Source: Azolla caroliniana
Taxonomy: Eukaryota > Plantae > Polypodiophyta
NCBI GenBank assembly: GCA_043228905.1
Contig: JBHGNT010000020.1
Coordinates: 8,246,001-8,310,000, forward strand
Length of the DNA: 64,000 nt
Direction of reading: 5' to 3'
The notes beneath the pieces were generated by a model. The model saw nothing but the letters and a program-made list of their open reading frames with translations, ran no database searches and had not been told where the DNA came from. Below are positions 25,248-38,626 of this stretch, in pieces; position 1 is the first letter of the stretch, and each line of letters opens with the position of its first letter. A program made the position numbers and the translations under genes.

Positions 25248-28200
25248 TGTTAGGATCTCGGCTCCTCCGGATGGGATACGAAGGCCCGACATCGGAAGAC
25301 CCGGTGAGAACCGGATGTGGATTACTCGGCAACGGAAGACCCAGTGAGAACGGGATGTGGAGTACCCAGAACCGGATGATGCAGACCCGGTGAGAACCGG
25401 ATGACGAGTACTCGGCAAGGAAGACTCGGGGAGAACCGGATGTTGCAGGCCCGATGAGAACCTCTCACCGGATGAAGGGACATATATGTAGATATGTTTC
25501 TGAGAGCCCATTGGGGCTATATCTGTAAATAGTCCTAATGTCATATTAGTATAAATGTGACCTAGGGCAAACAGTATATATATATATGATAGTTGCGGTT
25601 ATTATATTTATATAGGGTAATTTGTAACGATTATACAGAGAGAGAGAGAGTGAGAGAGAGCGATACAGAGCATGTCTCTGTTGTAACCGCCGCCAGGAGA
25701 AGACCGTGAGCAAGAGGTCGTTACCTCTATGCTCCCTATTGTACTCCTTGACATAGTGATAGTTTGGAGTCTGTGGACTCCCGCGGTTTTTCGCTCTCAG
25801 GGTTTTCGACGTTGACATCCTGTGTATTCTCTTTCTGTTTGTGTACTTACCTCCATCCCCATTTCTTCTGTGTTTGATTGTCATCAAATGATCTACGCTT
25901 CGGTTGTGGCCGGAGATTATTCCGCATATTTCTCGTCAAACTGGTAATAGAGCGAAACGACACAAAAAAATGCACGATTTGTTGGGAGGCATGTTCAAGC
26001 TCACCGGCTCCAACTACTCAGTGTGGAAGTCGAAGATGAGGGACATGCTCGTGGTTAAAGATCTTTGGTTGCCGGTTCAGTTCGGGGACAAGAGACCAGA
26101 AAAAATCGATGCCACGATATGGGAGGTGATGCACATGAAGACAACGGTGTACATACAGTGCTTCATCGACATCATTCTATACAACAACTTCAATGAAGAG
26201 AGCAAGGCTCATGAGCTCTGGGAGAAGATCAACACTATGTTTCAGAACAAAAATGTTGTTAATCAGGTTTCGGTATTTCGGAAGCTAGTAAGACTCCGGT
26301 ACCAAGATGGCTCCAGCATGGCGGAGCACATGAATGCCTTCCAGGGGCTGATCCACCAAGCAACATCATTGGAAGTACCTCTCACCGATGAAGTACTAGC
26401 ACTACTCCTGCTCGGTTCCCTCCCAGATAGTTGGGAGACGTTGGTTGTCACTTTGAGCAATGCCGGGCCGGAAGGGAAACGGTTATCCCTAGCAAGAGTG
26501 AAGTCGAGCTTGCTAGATGAGGAGGCACGTCGGAAAGACAAGGATACGAGCTCTGACTCCAAAGCGCTCCTTACCGAATCAGAATGCGGAAGACAAAGGA
26601 ACCGTAGTCCCCAGAATCGGGAAAAGTCGGGGACACGATCAAAGTCAAGGGGGAGGCCTACTTGCTTCTATTGCGGCAAGCCGGGACACTTCCAGAAGAA
26701 CTGTCGGCACTTCCGAAAAGACAAGGAAACCGACGGTACCGATTCGAAGCGGACACCGGACCGGAATGGTAAAGACCGGAGGGGATCGGACCGGAAGGGA
26801 ACGACAGCAATTGCGGCAAGTGAAGAAGAGTTGATGCTCATCACCGAGGAGAGTGAGTTGAACCTTGCCGGCGATGAGACAACGTGGGTTGTCGATTCCG
26901 GAGCGTCATTCCACCTTACCCCAGACTGGAAATGCTTCTCATCCTACGCAGTCGGTGATCACGGCTGTGTGCAGATGGCGAATGAAGGTACATGCCGAAT
27001 TATCAGCATAGGAGACGTGTGGTTGACAACACCAACCGGATGCAAGCTGCTGCTGAAGGATGTCCGACACGTTCCGGAGGTTTGACTGAACCTGATATCA
27101 GTCGGTCGGCTAGATGATGAAGGCTACACGGGTAGCATCCGGAACGGAGTCTTGAAATTCAGCAAAGGGAGCCTGATAGTGGCTCGGGCCCGAAAGGTCA
27201 ACACGTTGTACCTGATGAATGCCCGGTTATGCCCGGAAGAAGTGAACATGGGTTCCGACAATGCCGGTGAGCTGTGGCACAAGAGACTGTGTCACATGAG
27301 CGTGAAGGGGATGAAGAGGCTTGCCGATGACAAACTCATTCCGGTGAAGCACGTGCATCTTGAGAGGTGCATCGACTACCTAGCTAGTAAGCAAAACCGG
27401 ACCTCCTTCCAATCAAGGGCACCGATGAGACGTACTGCACCATTGGAGTTGGTGCATACCGATGTGTGTCAAGTGGACACGAAGTCCCTTGCCGGAGCGC
27501 AGTACTTCGTGACGTTCATAGATGATCACAGTAGGAGGCTGTGGGCCACACCGTTGAAGACGAAGGATCAGGTGTTATCCGTCTTCAAGGAGCTCCACGC
27601 AAGAGTGGAAAGAGAAATCGGACGGAAGCTGAAGGCAGTTCAAGCAGATAATGGAGGGGAATACCGGGGGCAATTCGAGGAGTACTGCCGCTCGAAGGGA
27701 ATCCGGCTCAAATTTTCCGTGCCGAAGTCGCCAGATTTAAACGGGCTAGCCGAGAGGATGAACCGGACCATAATGGAGAGGGTTCGGAGTATACTAGCAC
27801 ATGCTAAACTACCCAAGACGTTTTGGGCTGAGGCGCCGTCGACAACGACGTATGTGATAAACAGATCACCCTCAGTGCCCTTGGATGGAGACATGCCGCA
27901 AAAGGTGTGGACCTGTAAGGAAGTGTCCTACCGGCATTTGAATGTGTTTGGGTGTCTTGCGTACGTGCATATTGCTTAGGACCGGAGAGGAAAGTTGGAT
28001 CCAAAGACCCGACCATGCATATTCCTCGGATACGGCGATGATGAGTTCGGCTACCGAGTGTGGGATCCGGTTGACAAGAAGGTTTTCTGGAGCCGAGATA
28101 TTATCTTCATGGAGGACAAGACTCTTGCCGACTGGGAGTTGGAGAAGAAGATAATGAACTCGGATGAGATTCGGACCCACCCGGCTAAGAGCCGGTTGAC

Positions 28201-30783
28201 ACTTGAGGAACCAGCTGGTTATGGTGAGGATACCGAACCAGCAGAAGAAGAAGTAGAGGAAACTGAAATTGGAACCGGCCAAGACCCCGAATCGGATTCG
28301 GATGAAGAACAAATAGAGGAGCGGGTTGCCGAAAGCCAAAGGCTGAGATATCCTCTCAGAGAGAGAAGGGCCCCCGGAGATTTCCGGATGCATGTGCTGC
28401 TGACCGATGAGGGGGAGCCGGAAAGCTTCGAAGAAGCGAAGGATGATGCCCATAGCCACAAGTGGTTGAGTGCCATGCAGGACAAGATGGATTCCCTGCA
28501 TGAGAACTACACATATGAATTGGTGGAGTTGCCGAAAGGAAAGAGGGCACTCTGAAACAAGTGGGTGTACAAGTTGAAACCGGGAGATGCCGGCAACCCT
28601 CCAAGGTACAAAGCCAGGATCGTGGTGAAGGTGTTCCAGTAGAAGAAGGGCATGGACTTCGACGAGATATTTGCCTCGGCAGTAAAGATGACTTCCATCC
28701 GAACGGTACTGAGCATAGCAGCAAGCATGGACCTCGAGGTAGAGCAGTTAGACGTGAAGATGGCGTTCCTCCACGGCGACCTCGAAGAGGAGATCTACAT
28801 GCAGAAACCAGAGGAATTTGTGAAGAAAGGGAAGGAGCACCTGGTTTGCCGGTTAAAAAAGAGCCTCTATGGGTTGAAGCAGGCTCCTCGGCAATGGTAC
28901 CTGAAGTTCGACTACTTCATGACCGATCAAGGGTGCCACAAGACACAGGACAGGCTGATCATTGCGTATTTGTGAAGAAGTTCGAAGGTGGAGACTTCAT
29001 GATACTCCTCTTGTACGTGGACGACATGTTGATCGTCGGACGAGGCCAAGTCAAGATACAGATGTTGAAGAAGGCCCTGAACCGGACCTTCTCAATAAAA
29101 GACTTATGTTAGGCAAGACAGATGTTCGGGATGCATATCATCCGGGACCGGCCAACGAAGCAATTGTGGCTGTCACAGGAGAAGTACGTGAGAAAGGTGC
29201 TTCAACAGTTCAACATGTCAGATGCGAAACCGGTTGGATCGACACTTCCGGCAAACTGCAGGTTATCCGGTAAGCAAAGCCCGAAGACGAAGGCAGAGAA
29301 GGCAAATATGATGAAGATACCATATGCCTCTGCCGTCGGGAGCCTAATGTACGCAATGGTGTGTACCCGACCGGATATCAGATATGCAGTCGGAGTGGTG
29401 AGCCGGTTTATGAGCAATCCCGGCAAGGAGCATTGGAATGCGGTAAAATGGATACTCCGATACTTGAAAGACACCTCAAGTATGTGCCTCCGATTCGGCT
29501 CAGGTAAACCCCAACTTGACAGTTTCACCGATTCGGATATGTCGGCTGATGCGGATACCAGCCGGTGAAAATTCGGATATGTCATGACATATGCGGGGGG
29601 AGCTATTTCGTGGCAATCGAGGCTGTAGAAGACGGTTTTGTTGTCAACCACGGAAGCGAAGTACATGGCGGCTGTGGAAGCCGGCAAGGAAATACTATGG
29701 ATGAAGGACTTCATCGAAGATCTAGGGATCCGGCAAGAGGAATATCGGCTCTATTGTGACAGTCAAAGTGCCATCCACCTTGCGAAGAACATAGCATATC
29801 ATTGCAGGACGAAGCACATCCGGCGGAGGTACCACTGGATTCGGGAGCGAGTAGAAGACTAAGAGTTCGTGCTGACGAAGATCCACATGGAGGAAAACGG
29901 CTCGGATATGCTGACCAAGGTGCTGATGCCCGACAAGCTAGACACATGCTGGAAGCGGATTGGACTGACGAGGCATCCCATGCCGTAGTGAAGGGGGAGT
30001 TTGTTAGGATCTCGGTCCCTCCGGATGGGATACGAATGCCCGACATTGGAAGGCCCGGTGAGAACCAGATGTGGAGTATCCCGGCAAGGAAGACTCGGTG
30101 ACAACAAGATGTAGAGTACCCGACAACGGAAGACCCGGTGAGAACTAGATGTGGAGTACCCAGAATCGGATGATGCAAACCCGGTGAGAACCGGATGACG
30201 AGTACCCGACAAGGAAGGCACGGTGAGAACCGGATGATGCAGACCCAGTGAGAACCGGATTACGAGTATCGGGCAAGGAAGACCCGGTGAGAACCGGATG
30301 TTGCAGGCCTGGTGAGAACCTCTCACCGGATGAAGGGACATATATGTGGATATGTTTCTGAGAGCCCATTGGGGCTATATCTGTAAATAGTCCTAATGTC
30401 ATATTAGTATAAATGTGACCTAGGGCAAATAGTATATATATATGATAGGTGTTGTTATTATCTTTATATAGGGTAATTTGTACAGAGAGAGAGTGAGAGA
30501 GAGAGCGATACAGAGCATGTCTCTGTTGTAACCGCTGTTAGGCGAAGACCGTGAGCAAGAGGTCGTTGCCTCTGCGCTCCCTATTGTACTCCTTCACATA
30601 GTGATCGTTTGGAGTCTGTGGACTCCCGTGGTTTTTTGCTCTTAGGGTTTTCCACGTTAACATCTTGTGTATTCTCTTTCTGTTTGTGTACTTACCTCCA
30701 TCCCCATTTCTTCTGTGTTTGATTGTCATCAAGTGATCTACGCTTCGGTTGTGGCCGGAGATTATTCTGCATATTTCTCGTCA
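25248..30783 (+). mobile_element. Full-length degenerate Ty1/Copia (Tnt1/Tork-like), TSD GCCTT, inserted in a transposase exon
   Basis: 5' LTR 25248-25938, PBS TGGTAATAGAGC 25942-25953, PPT 29988-29999, 3' LTR 30002-30783; GCCTT at 25243-25247 and 30784-30788. Confidence 0.96.
25970..29970 (+). pseudogene. Copia gag-pol (gag, protease, integrase, RT, RNase H) with stops and frameshifts
   Basis: CFYCGKPGHFQKNC, WVVDSGAS, HTDVC..DNGGEY..NGLAERMNRT, LYGLKQAPRQW, LYVDDM, STTEAKY. Confidence 0.95.
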
Positions 30784-31861
30784 GCCTTAACATGTCCATC
30801 TTCACGTGGTACACACAACAACATGTATTCCTCTCATTTAATTTTCTAACATAAAATGGTTTCAAACCTTGGAATTGCGGAATCCAACAGTCAAGCTTGG
30901 ATGTTGGTCTTTAAAGTTCATGTACAATTTAGCCTACATCAACCAATATATATAGCAAACATTAATATACACTTGGTCAAAACACAAATTTATGGAATGT
31001 GAATTGATATAAAAAAATGGAATACCTCTATCATCTCCAAGAAGTGTCTAGAGTGAATCTGGTACTTACCCTAACTTATTCGTTGTCTACACACGTCCTT
31101 CTTATTTGGTGAGACACGCGTATTTTTGACCCAAAATGAATCCACTTTCTCAATAATCTCTTGAGATAAGGCATCGCATCGTCGTCTACGTCCCAACCCT
31201 AGCCACTTGAATTGGCTTGAGTGTATATTTCGGCGATGTTTCCTCAAGTTCCTTCTTTGAATACCCAGGGCTAAGGCAACTTTAGTATCACTATATTTTT
31301 TTTCTCTCGCACCGTTCACAACCATGTGTAGAGTTGCCCTCTTTGCAGCAAGTTTGTCTATGCTCTCTACACCTTTCACTAAGTCTAGGGATGACTTCAT
31401 AGACTCTACAATCTCTTCTGAAACACATTGGTCCCTAAATTTTATTCTCTCCATGTCTTCATTCAAACGTTGATGGTGTAACACTCTACATATAATATCC
31501 CTACGATCCTCTTCACTAAATCTCTTCGTTATTTCTACCAAATAACGGACTATGTGAAGAACCACTCGTCTCTTGGTCCTTTCAGATATACATGGGTTAC
31601 TTGACAACTCACTCTCGTTGGGGACCCCCATTTGGTCACTATATTTATCCAAAAAAATTAAGTGTCCGGTGAGAGTAGTTAATGTTATATAGACTACAGT
31701 AAGAAAACACAGTTAAATGTTTTAAAATGTGGCCTGCAAAGTGAGAAATAATTCGTTTCGAACATTAGAATTACGGATCAAATATGACAATTGTAAAATC
31801 TAAAAAATTAGTACTGAAAAATGAAGAAATGAAAAATTTTAGTCCTGAAAATAAAAAAATG

Positions 31862-32065
31862 GATGGAAGGAACCTCCAATGGTGGCGGGAGCGTTGATTC
31901 TGTGTGATATGCCGCCTCAATTTAGTGGAAGGAACCTCGAATGGTGGAGGGCGCCTTGAATCTTTGTGATATGCTGCCTTGATTTAGTGGAAGGAACCTC
32001 CAATGGTGGAGAGCGCCTTGAATCTTTGTGATATGCCGCCTAGATTTGGTTGAAGGATCCTCGCC
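31862..32065. repeat. ~61-bp tandem repeat, ~3 copies, upstream of the transposase ORF
   Basis: TGGAAGGAACCTCCAATGGTGG...GTGATATGCCGCCT at ~31865, ~31926 and ~31988. Confidence 0.85.
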
Positions 32066-32653
32066 TCGATGGAAAAAGCCCCAAATCACCACGACATAAA
32101 CTGCAATCGGTGGAAGTAAGAAAGTCTTTGTCAAAGAAGTCACTATTGGTTGTTATAAGAGGCCTTAGAACAGTCTCTGTTCCTCAACCTAAACCCTAAC
32201 AAAAACAGAAACCCTAAAAAAACCAAAAATCCTCAACTCAAAAGCTCCAACCTGACATGGATGTCTGAGATTTGCTCCCTAAACCCTAACAAAACTTATA
32301 GATTGGAGGAAAAGCAGAAACGTGACATGGATGTCTAAGATGAAGCGCTCAGAGGGATAGAGGAAGAGGAGTATGAGGGGAACTGCCAAAAATGACGTGA
32401 GGGGAAGCGCCAAAATCGACGTGAGGGTAAAATAGCCCCCAAAATGGAAAGAACATCTCCTCACGTGTTCCCCCCACTCCTTGTAGTAAATGACACTTGT
32501 ACTACAGTCACCCCACTCTCCAAAATCGATTTCTTTTTTCTCTAATTTTTTTTCTTCTGAATTATTCAGTACTAACAGTATCGAAAGTACTGACAATTTT
32601 TGTGGCCCAAAATAGTACTTTTCTAGTACACCGTAGCGTGCTTCCACCCTATA

Positions 32654-33122
32654 ACCCTTCTTTTTGCAGAATACGCGAAAATGATGTTGTCACTTACAAT
32701 CGTGATCCATGAATTCATTGGGTGTCTTGCGTTTCCCAGCGAATTGCGACTGCTTAGTCTCGGGCGCTTCATTGGGTTTGTTATGGTTCTTCTTCGAAGT
32801 GTGTTGATAGCGAAGAACTATTTCAAAGGCCTCTTCGAAGAATTTTGGATCCTTATCGTGCACTATCTAGTGATAGTCCGAATTGGGGATGCCATTGACA
32901 AAACAAGCTATTAACCAATTGTCCCCTTCAAGACCCGATATTTGGATTTGGGTTTTAGCATGGTGGACATAGTCTTCTATCGAAGAAAATTTTCGGCTAG
33001 AGAGGTTCATTAATGCTTGTGCTGCCTTTGTTTGAGATGGAGGTTGCAGAAATTGGCCCTTGAAAACTATGACAAAATCTGTCCAGGTATCGGGCAATTT
33101 CCCCAAAGTTCGGAGCCCACGC
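32654..33122 (-). pseudogene. Chromovirus-like gag, segment B (between the Sola2-like and Trp-group insertions)
   Basis: GKLPDTWTDFV..KGQFLQPPS, near-identical to 11768-12274 and 58159-58398. Confidence 0.88.
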
Positions 33123-34582
33123 TGTCCTGATGTTTCCATGCCACAATGAGAAAATAACCTCTACCAATTTATATGAGCTAACTCAAATATTTGTAAAAGG
33201 TTATATAGAGTGCAAGGCCTCGATGAGTAGGAGCGTGTGGGGGTTTAGGTATCGTGAAGGATTTGTTTCACGATAGAAATATAAACTAAAATATTGTATT
33301 GAATAACATTTGAGAGACTTGAACCCACAACCTCACATACCAAATACAAGGCACATACCATTAGGCTAGGTCATTTTTTCTTTTAAAGTTATATTTTAAT
33401 GTTTGTACTTATGCCATGTATATTTTTTTCATACATGAAAGCTCAAATGAGTGGGATGTCTATCATGCATCACATGTATGCATGAACGTCAAATGGTGAT
33501 TATGCATCAGATGCATTTCATGTACTACATGCATGTCTTGTACCGTCACATGCATCATATGCATGGGGGCACCTATTTAAAGAGGGAAAGGGAAAAGAGT
33601 GAGGGGATAACATGAGATGAGGAATATTATTGTAATAGGAGGGACAAACTATATTATTGTACAAGAAATATTTCGTAATCATCTTTAGATATCAATACAA
33701 GTTATTTCCGTTTCTCTTCTTTCTTTGACAAGAAGCTCGGTGCTTACTTCCTGGATTTGCGATTTCTTTTCGTTTTCTCTCATACACCAAGATCGACGCG
33801 ACAGTGGTGAACCCAACGTGAAACGGGAAGTTAAGAGAGATGGAGAATCAACAGGCAGTCTTGGAGCCACGAATCAACCAAAAAGTCGTTGTGGAGCCAC
33901 AAATCAACGTGGTACTTCAAATGATTGAAAGAATGTTTCAAAGCTAAGAACGTGCAACTGCTCTTCAATGAATCAATCATGCTATTGACAAGCTTGTAGA
34001 GAAAATAGGCCTCTTTGAAGGTAAAAATATAACTGAATTCTTACAAGTATATGTTACAGAGATGGGTAGTAAAGGATTAAATCAACATGATGTTCAAATG
34101 AATTTTCTGAGGATGGTTGAACTCCCTTTGAGAAATAGAGTCTCTGAACTCGCAACAAGTTCTAATGATTGGGTTGCATTTGACCAGCTTTATTAAATGA
34201 ATACATGCTTGGTGATACAATCCGAGCATCAAGGAGGAGTTTCTTGGATTGGGTGGACAAAGAGGACAAGAAGATTTCGGCGATGGAGTTGTTAAAAGAG
34301 TTTGAAGCTCGTTATAATCAATTAACGATGACCGAAAGGACACTTTTGGAACAAGAGAAGGTCATATTATTCTTGAAGGCATTATACCGATCCTATCGAG
34401 AAAATTTTGTTGCATTCCTTGAAGACTGGACTACACCCACTAGATTAGTGTTTGATTGGAATCGAGTACATGAAACTTGCATCAGAATCAACAAAAGAGC
34501 CCAATGGTGTGAAGATCTTTCGATTGCCGGAGGTATAAAAGATGAAGTGAAGACAACCATTAGGGAGGATATTGGGAGTCCG

Positions 34583-36202
34583 TTGACTTTAGATTTGAGA
34601 GACAAGATTAATACATCACCAAATGGGATAATAAATTTTCTTTTCCTTAATTTCTTGATGAATATATAGCCCGTTTTTCTTCTCCATTCACTCTTTTATA
34701 GATGCCCCCATGCATATGATGCATGTGAGGGTGCAAGACATGCATGAGATGTATGTTTGCCATTTGGCGCTCATGCATTACATGTGTTCCATGATAACCA
34801 TGGCACTCATTCAAGCTCTCATGTATGAGAATTTACATGTGAAAGTATAATGATAAAATATAACTGAAAGAAATTACTGGGTTTTTGGTTTCACACTGAA
34901 AATCTTCAAGACACCGTGCTTTGTGATCAACCTATCCAACCGACCCGTCTATCTGGTCCATCCGGTCCGCATCCGACCCGGTGATCCGGTCCATCTGGTC
35001 CGGTATGGTTCCGGTGCCATACGGCCCCGGTTTCGTCGCCGTCCATCCGGTTCCGGTTCCATCACCATGTTTGTCCTGTCTTCTTGAAGCTCGATGATGC
35101 ATCTTTGAATGTTGTTGGCGACCACTCTCTTGAAACTTGTAATTTCACGCATTTCAGACATGTCCCTTTGATTCATCTCCCTTTTGTATGCATCAAGGAA
35201 CTTCGTAATGTTCCTTCCATCAAATTGACCCTCGAGCTCTATGACACGGTCAATGGCCTTCTGCACGCTCGCATCGTTGTCCTGAGATCTCATCATTTGT
35301 TCGACCATTAGTATCATCCTTTCGAACTCTCACGCTTGATTGCTTGAGGATGCCATCACCAAGTATCAATCGTTCCTTAACTTGATCCTTCCTACCACCT
35401 CTTCACGTCGGGTTCACCACTTAATTATGTCGTGAAAATTTGTCACTATGTGTGGATCGTGAGGCGGAACCGCCGCGGTCTTGGACCAGAAGGATTCGAA
35501 TTTTGTACAAGCTTTAGCGAGAAAATATTTAAGATAGATTGAGAGAGATTGATATGGCGAGAGAAAGATTGAGATGGAGAGAGGGAGATTAAGATTGAAC
35601 CCTTGACTTTAGATTTGAGAGACAAGATTAATACATCACCAAATGGGATAACGTATTTTCTTTTTCTTAATTTCTCGATTAATACATAGCCCGTTTTTCT
35701 TCTCCATCCACTCTTTTATAGATGCCCCCATGCATATGATGCATGTGAGGGTGCAAGACATGCATGATATGTATGTTTGCCATTTGGCGCTCATGCATCA
35801 TATGTGTTGCATGATAACCATGTCACTCATTCAAGCTCTCATGTATGAGAATTTACATGTGAAAGTATAATGATAAAATATAACTTAAAGAAATGACTCG
35901 GATTTTCGTTTCACACCGAAAATCTTCAAGACACCGTGCTTCGCGATCAACCTATCCGCTCGACCCGTCTATCCGGTCCATCTGGTCCGCATCCGACCCG
36001 GTGATCCGGTCTAGTACGGTTCCGGTGCGGTTCCGGTGCCATCTGGCCGTGGTCCAGGTTCCGGTTCCGTCGCTATCTGGTTTCGGTCCCGGTTTTGTCG
36101 TCATCGTCGTCGCCGTCATTGTCTTGTCCCGGCTCCATCGCCATCGCTGTCCGATCCCGGTCCCGGTTCTATCACCGTCCATCCAGTTCCGGCCAAAATA
36201 CA
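34583..36202 (-). mobile_element. Rearranged Trp-group remnant (LTR 35428-35933, PBS 35402-35419, gag fragment, partial second LTR 34583-34913) with CCGG-rich flanks
   Basis: 34583-35000 duplicates ~35601-36010; gag EGQFDGRNITKFLDAYKREM. Confidence 0.75.
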
Positions 36203-36754
36203 TTTTGAATAACTTAGCTGCATCCCTTCATCCAAGTTTTGAATAACTTGGCTGTGTATTTTGAAAGCAGCAAGAAAGGGTAAAATTGAGTTTGAAAAGT
36301 TGAAGTCTGGAGGTGATGTTGTCCGAAGCAAAACTGGTTGTGAAGACCTAGTGGATGGACTCTTAGCTTTCGCGAAGGTTGCAACAACCCAAGCCCATGA
36401 AGTGATCATGGAAGAGAAATGGAAATGGGCAGAAAATGAAGATAACAAGAAGAGGGAGCTAAAAAACGCTAAAAAGAGGGAGACAGAAAGTCCAAAAATG
36501 TTAAGCCTTGACATTAAAAAAGGTAAGGATAAGAAGAGTCCCTCGTTCAAATTATTATCTGATATTGAAGCTTCAATTGATTTAAAGAAAGTATTGGAAG
36601 AAAGAATTTTAGATAGCAAAGTGAAACTTTCCTTAAGGGAACTTTTGGGCATAGCTAAAAAAGAATTTCATGATGGAATAATAGATGGAATTAAAAGAAA
36701 ATGACAAAGTATTGAAGCCGCCAAAAACCCAAGAAGTGAAGTAAAGAAAGCAAC

Positions 36755-37333
36755 TAGTAATGGGCCCGGTTCGGTTTCAGTTTCTTTTCCTTGCAACCAA
36801 ACCGTTTATAAACTTTCAAGCCATTAAACCAAACCATTTAAGAAAAGCAAAACCAAACTATTTAAACCAAAACCGTTTAAGGAAAAGTTTCAACCAAACC
36901 GAGCCATTTAATAAAAACTTTCAACCTAACCACATTTAAACCAAACTAATTAAATATTTAAATAAATAAAAAATCACTAAATTAAATAAACATTCATGTT
37001 AATACAAACAAACAAATAAATAAACATTAATTAAGCCATTAAATTAAATAAACATTTAGTTAAGTGGATTAAATCAATAAAAAACATTAATTAAATCATT
37101 CAATTACATAAACATTTAAGGGATAAAAAAAGTTAGCCCAAAAACCTATAAACCAAACCACTTAAACCTATTAACAGATAAACCCCAGTTTCAAAACCAA
37201 ACCGAACTAAAACCGAACCGTTTACTAATAATTAAAACCAAACCAAACCATTTAATTATTTTGGAACTTATAAATCTTTAAACCATAGCTTAACGGTTCG
37301 GTCCAGTTTGAGCCAAAACCGGGCCCATTGCTA
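36755..37333. mobile_element. hAT-type MITE, 8-bp TSD AAAGCAAC
   Basis: TIRs TAGTAATGGGCCCGGTT / AACCGGGCCCATTGCTA; TSD at 36747-36754 and 37334-37341; subterminal AAACCR repeats. Confidence 0.93.
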
Positions 37334-38626
37334 AAAGCAACGATGGAAGTCCTCAAAGGTGAACCAAGCGCTTCCATTGTTGGTACACAAGCTATTGCGA
37401 CGACAACTTTTGAAGAGAAGCCAAAAGATCTAAAAAGCTACTATGCTAATTTGAAACATTGGGTAAGAGCAACAACTGAGACACCCATGAAGATTGAAAA
37501 CCTTGAAGATTCGGTTGTGGCCTTAATTGACCACGACTCAGAAATTAATCTAATTTCTTATGATATTTATAGCAAAGGCAGATGGCCAATGGAAACGAAT
37601 CATGGGTGGAGGGTAAAATCGTCTAATTCAATGACTGAGGAACTTCATGGAGCTTGCCCAAACATCAAAGTCACCATTGGAGATGTGCCAATGGAGAAAC
37701 ATTTCTTTATCCAAAAGACCTTATCATACCCAATGATTCTTGGTCAACCATACATCACATCTTCTAGGATGGAGACGAAGGTGCTTGAAGATGGCTCGAC
37801 ATATGCTAGAATTTAGAGTACTGATGGTAAAAGGAGTGTTCAATTTCTTATTGTTAGGTAGGAGCATGATAGAAATAAAGAAGAACTACGAATTAACTCA
37901 TGTGAGCATGATATGTCATCTTACGAGTCAGATTTTTAAATAGGATCATTGATGGGCAAGGACACAATGGTCCCAAAGCTTTTATTTCCTTGCAAAAATG
38001 TTTTCCAATTAATAAAACAATCAATGCTTTCTCTAATACAATGGATGGATTTACCTGTTACTTTGGTATGGAAAGCCATGTACAAAATAAATGGAGCAAG
38101 AAAATGTTGGATGCGTTGTGCACTGCAGGGATGATTGAAAGGGATGACATAATTACTGGTATGTTTCTTGAATATTCAGATGTAGATACAGTCAAAATAT
38201 TAGAAAATTGCTTGAATGAGAAAGAATGTGGCAAAAGATTTGTTCATGTAAATTCTGTTGATATGTAATTTCATATTGCTGATTTTATTGAAAAAAATGG
38301 TTGTATAACTAATAGTGAAATAGCTGGCAATAGTTATTATGAAATAACTAATGAAAATAAAGCAAGTAAAAATAGCTATGCAATAATAGTTAACACTAAA
38401 TATAAAACAATAGAGAAAAAGGTCAAGCATGTGGCTATGAATTAGCCTATGGATAGTACTAAAAAGAAAAAAATTGTTGCGTTTGAACCAACATTGTGGG
38501 ATTCTAGGGATATTGGTCATAAGTTTACAAATGCTACTCTAGATCAACTAAAAATTGGTGAGAATGATTTTCTTTTGCCTATTGAGAGACAATCTTTTTG
38601 AAATATGATTGTTAGTCATGGGAAAG

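Larger units (their letters stand above)
21774..31652 (-). pseudogene. Sola2-type DDD transposase, spliced, disrupted by a Copia insertion, stops and frameshifts
   Basis: Motifs in order: FWVKNTRVSPNKKD; LKPFYV..CCCVYH; Cys-rich segment; IDFTENY (~24750); QSMHW; SDDKKHD; WSDG (~24500); WNYFGSGHGKGEHDGAGAVIK (~22560-22625). GT-AG introns at ~30935-31025 and 22653-24447; the latter rejoins in frame as FIAR/YFSLF. Confidence 0.82.
14291..32649. mobile_element. Large Sola2-like DNA transposon, 24-bp TIRs, 4-bp TSD TATG/TATA
   Basis: Left TIR GGGTCGAAGCATGCTACGGTGTAC (14291-14314) vs right TIR 32626-32649, 22/24 match; the host gag sequence TTTTGTATGACCCTTC (empty at ~11815 and ~58610) is split exactly here. 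Confidence 0.88.

Noticed and set aside
32185-32290. Telomere remnant (AAACCCTAA)
   Set aside because: Only scattered single motifs; more consistent with promoter telo-boxes.
33310-33372. Functional tRNA gene
   Set aside because: There is no acceptor stem or complete cloverleaf; it is reported only as a tRNA-like module.
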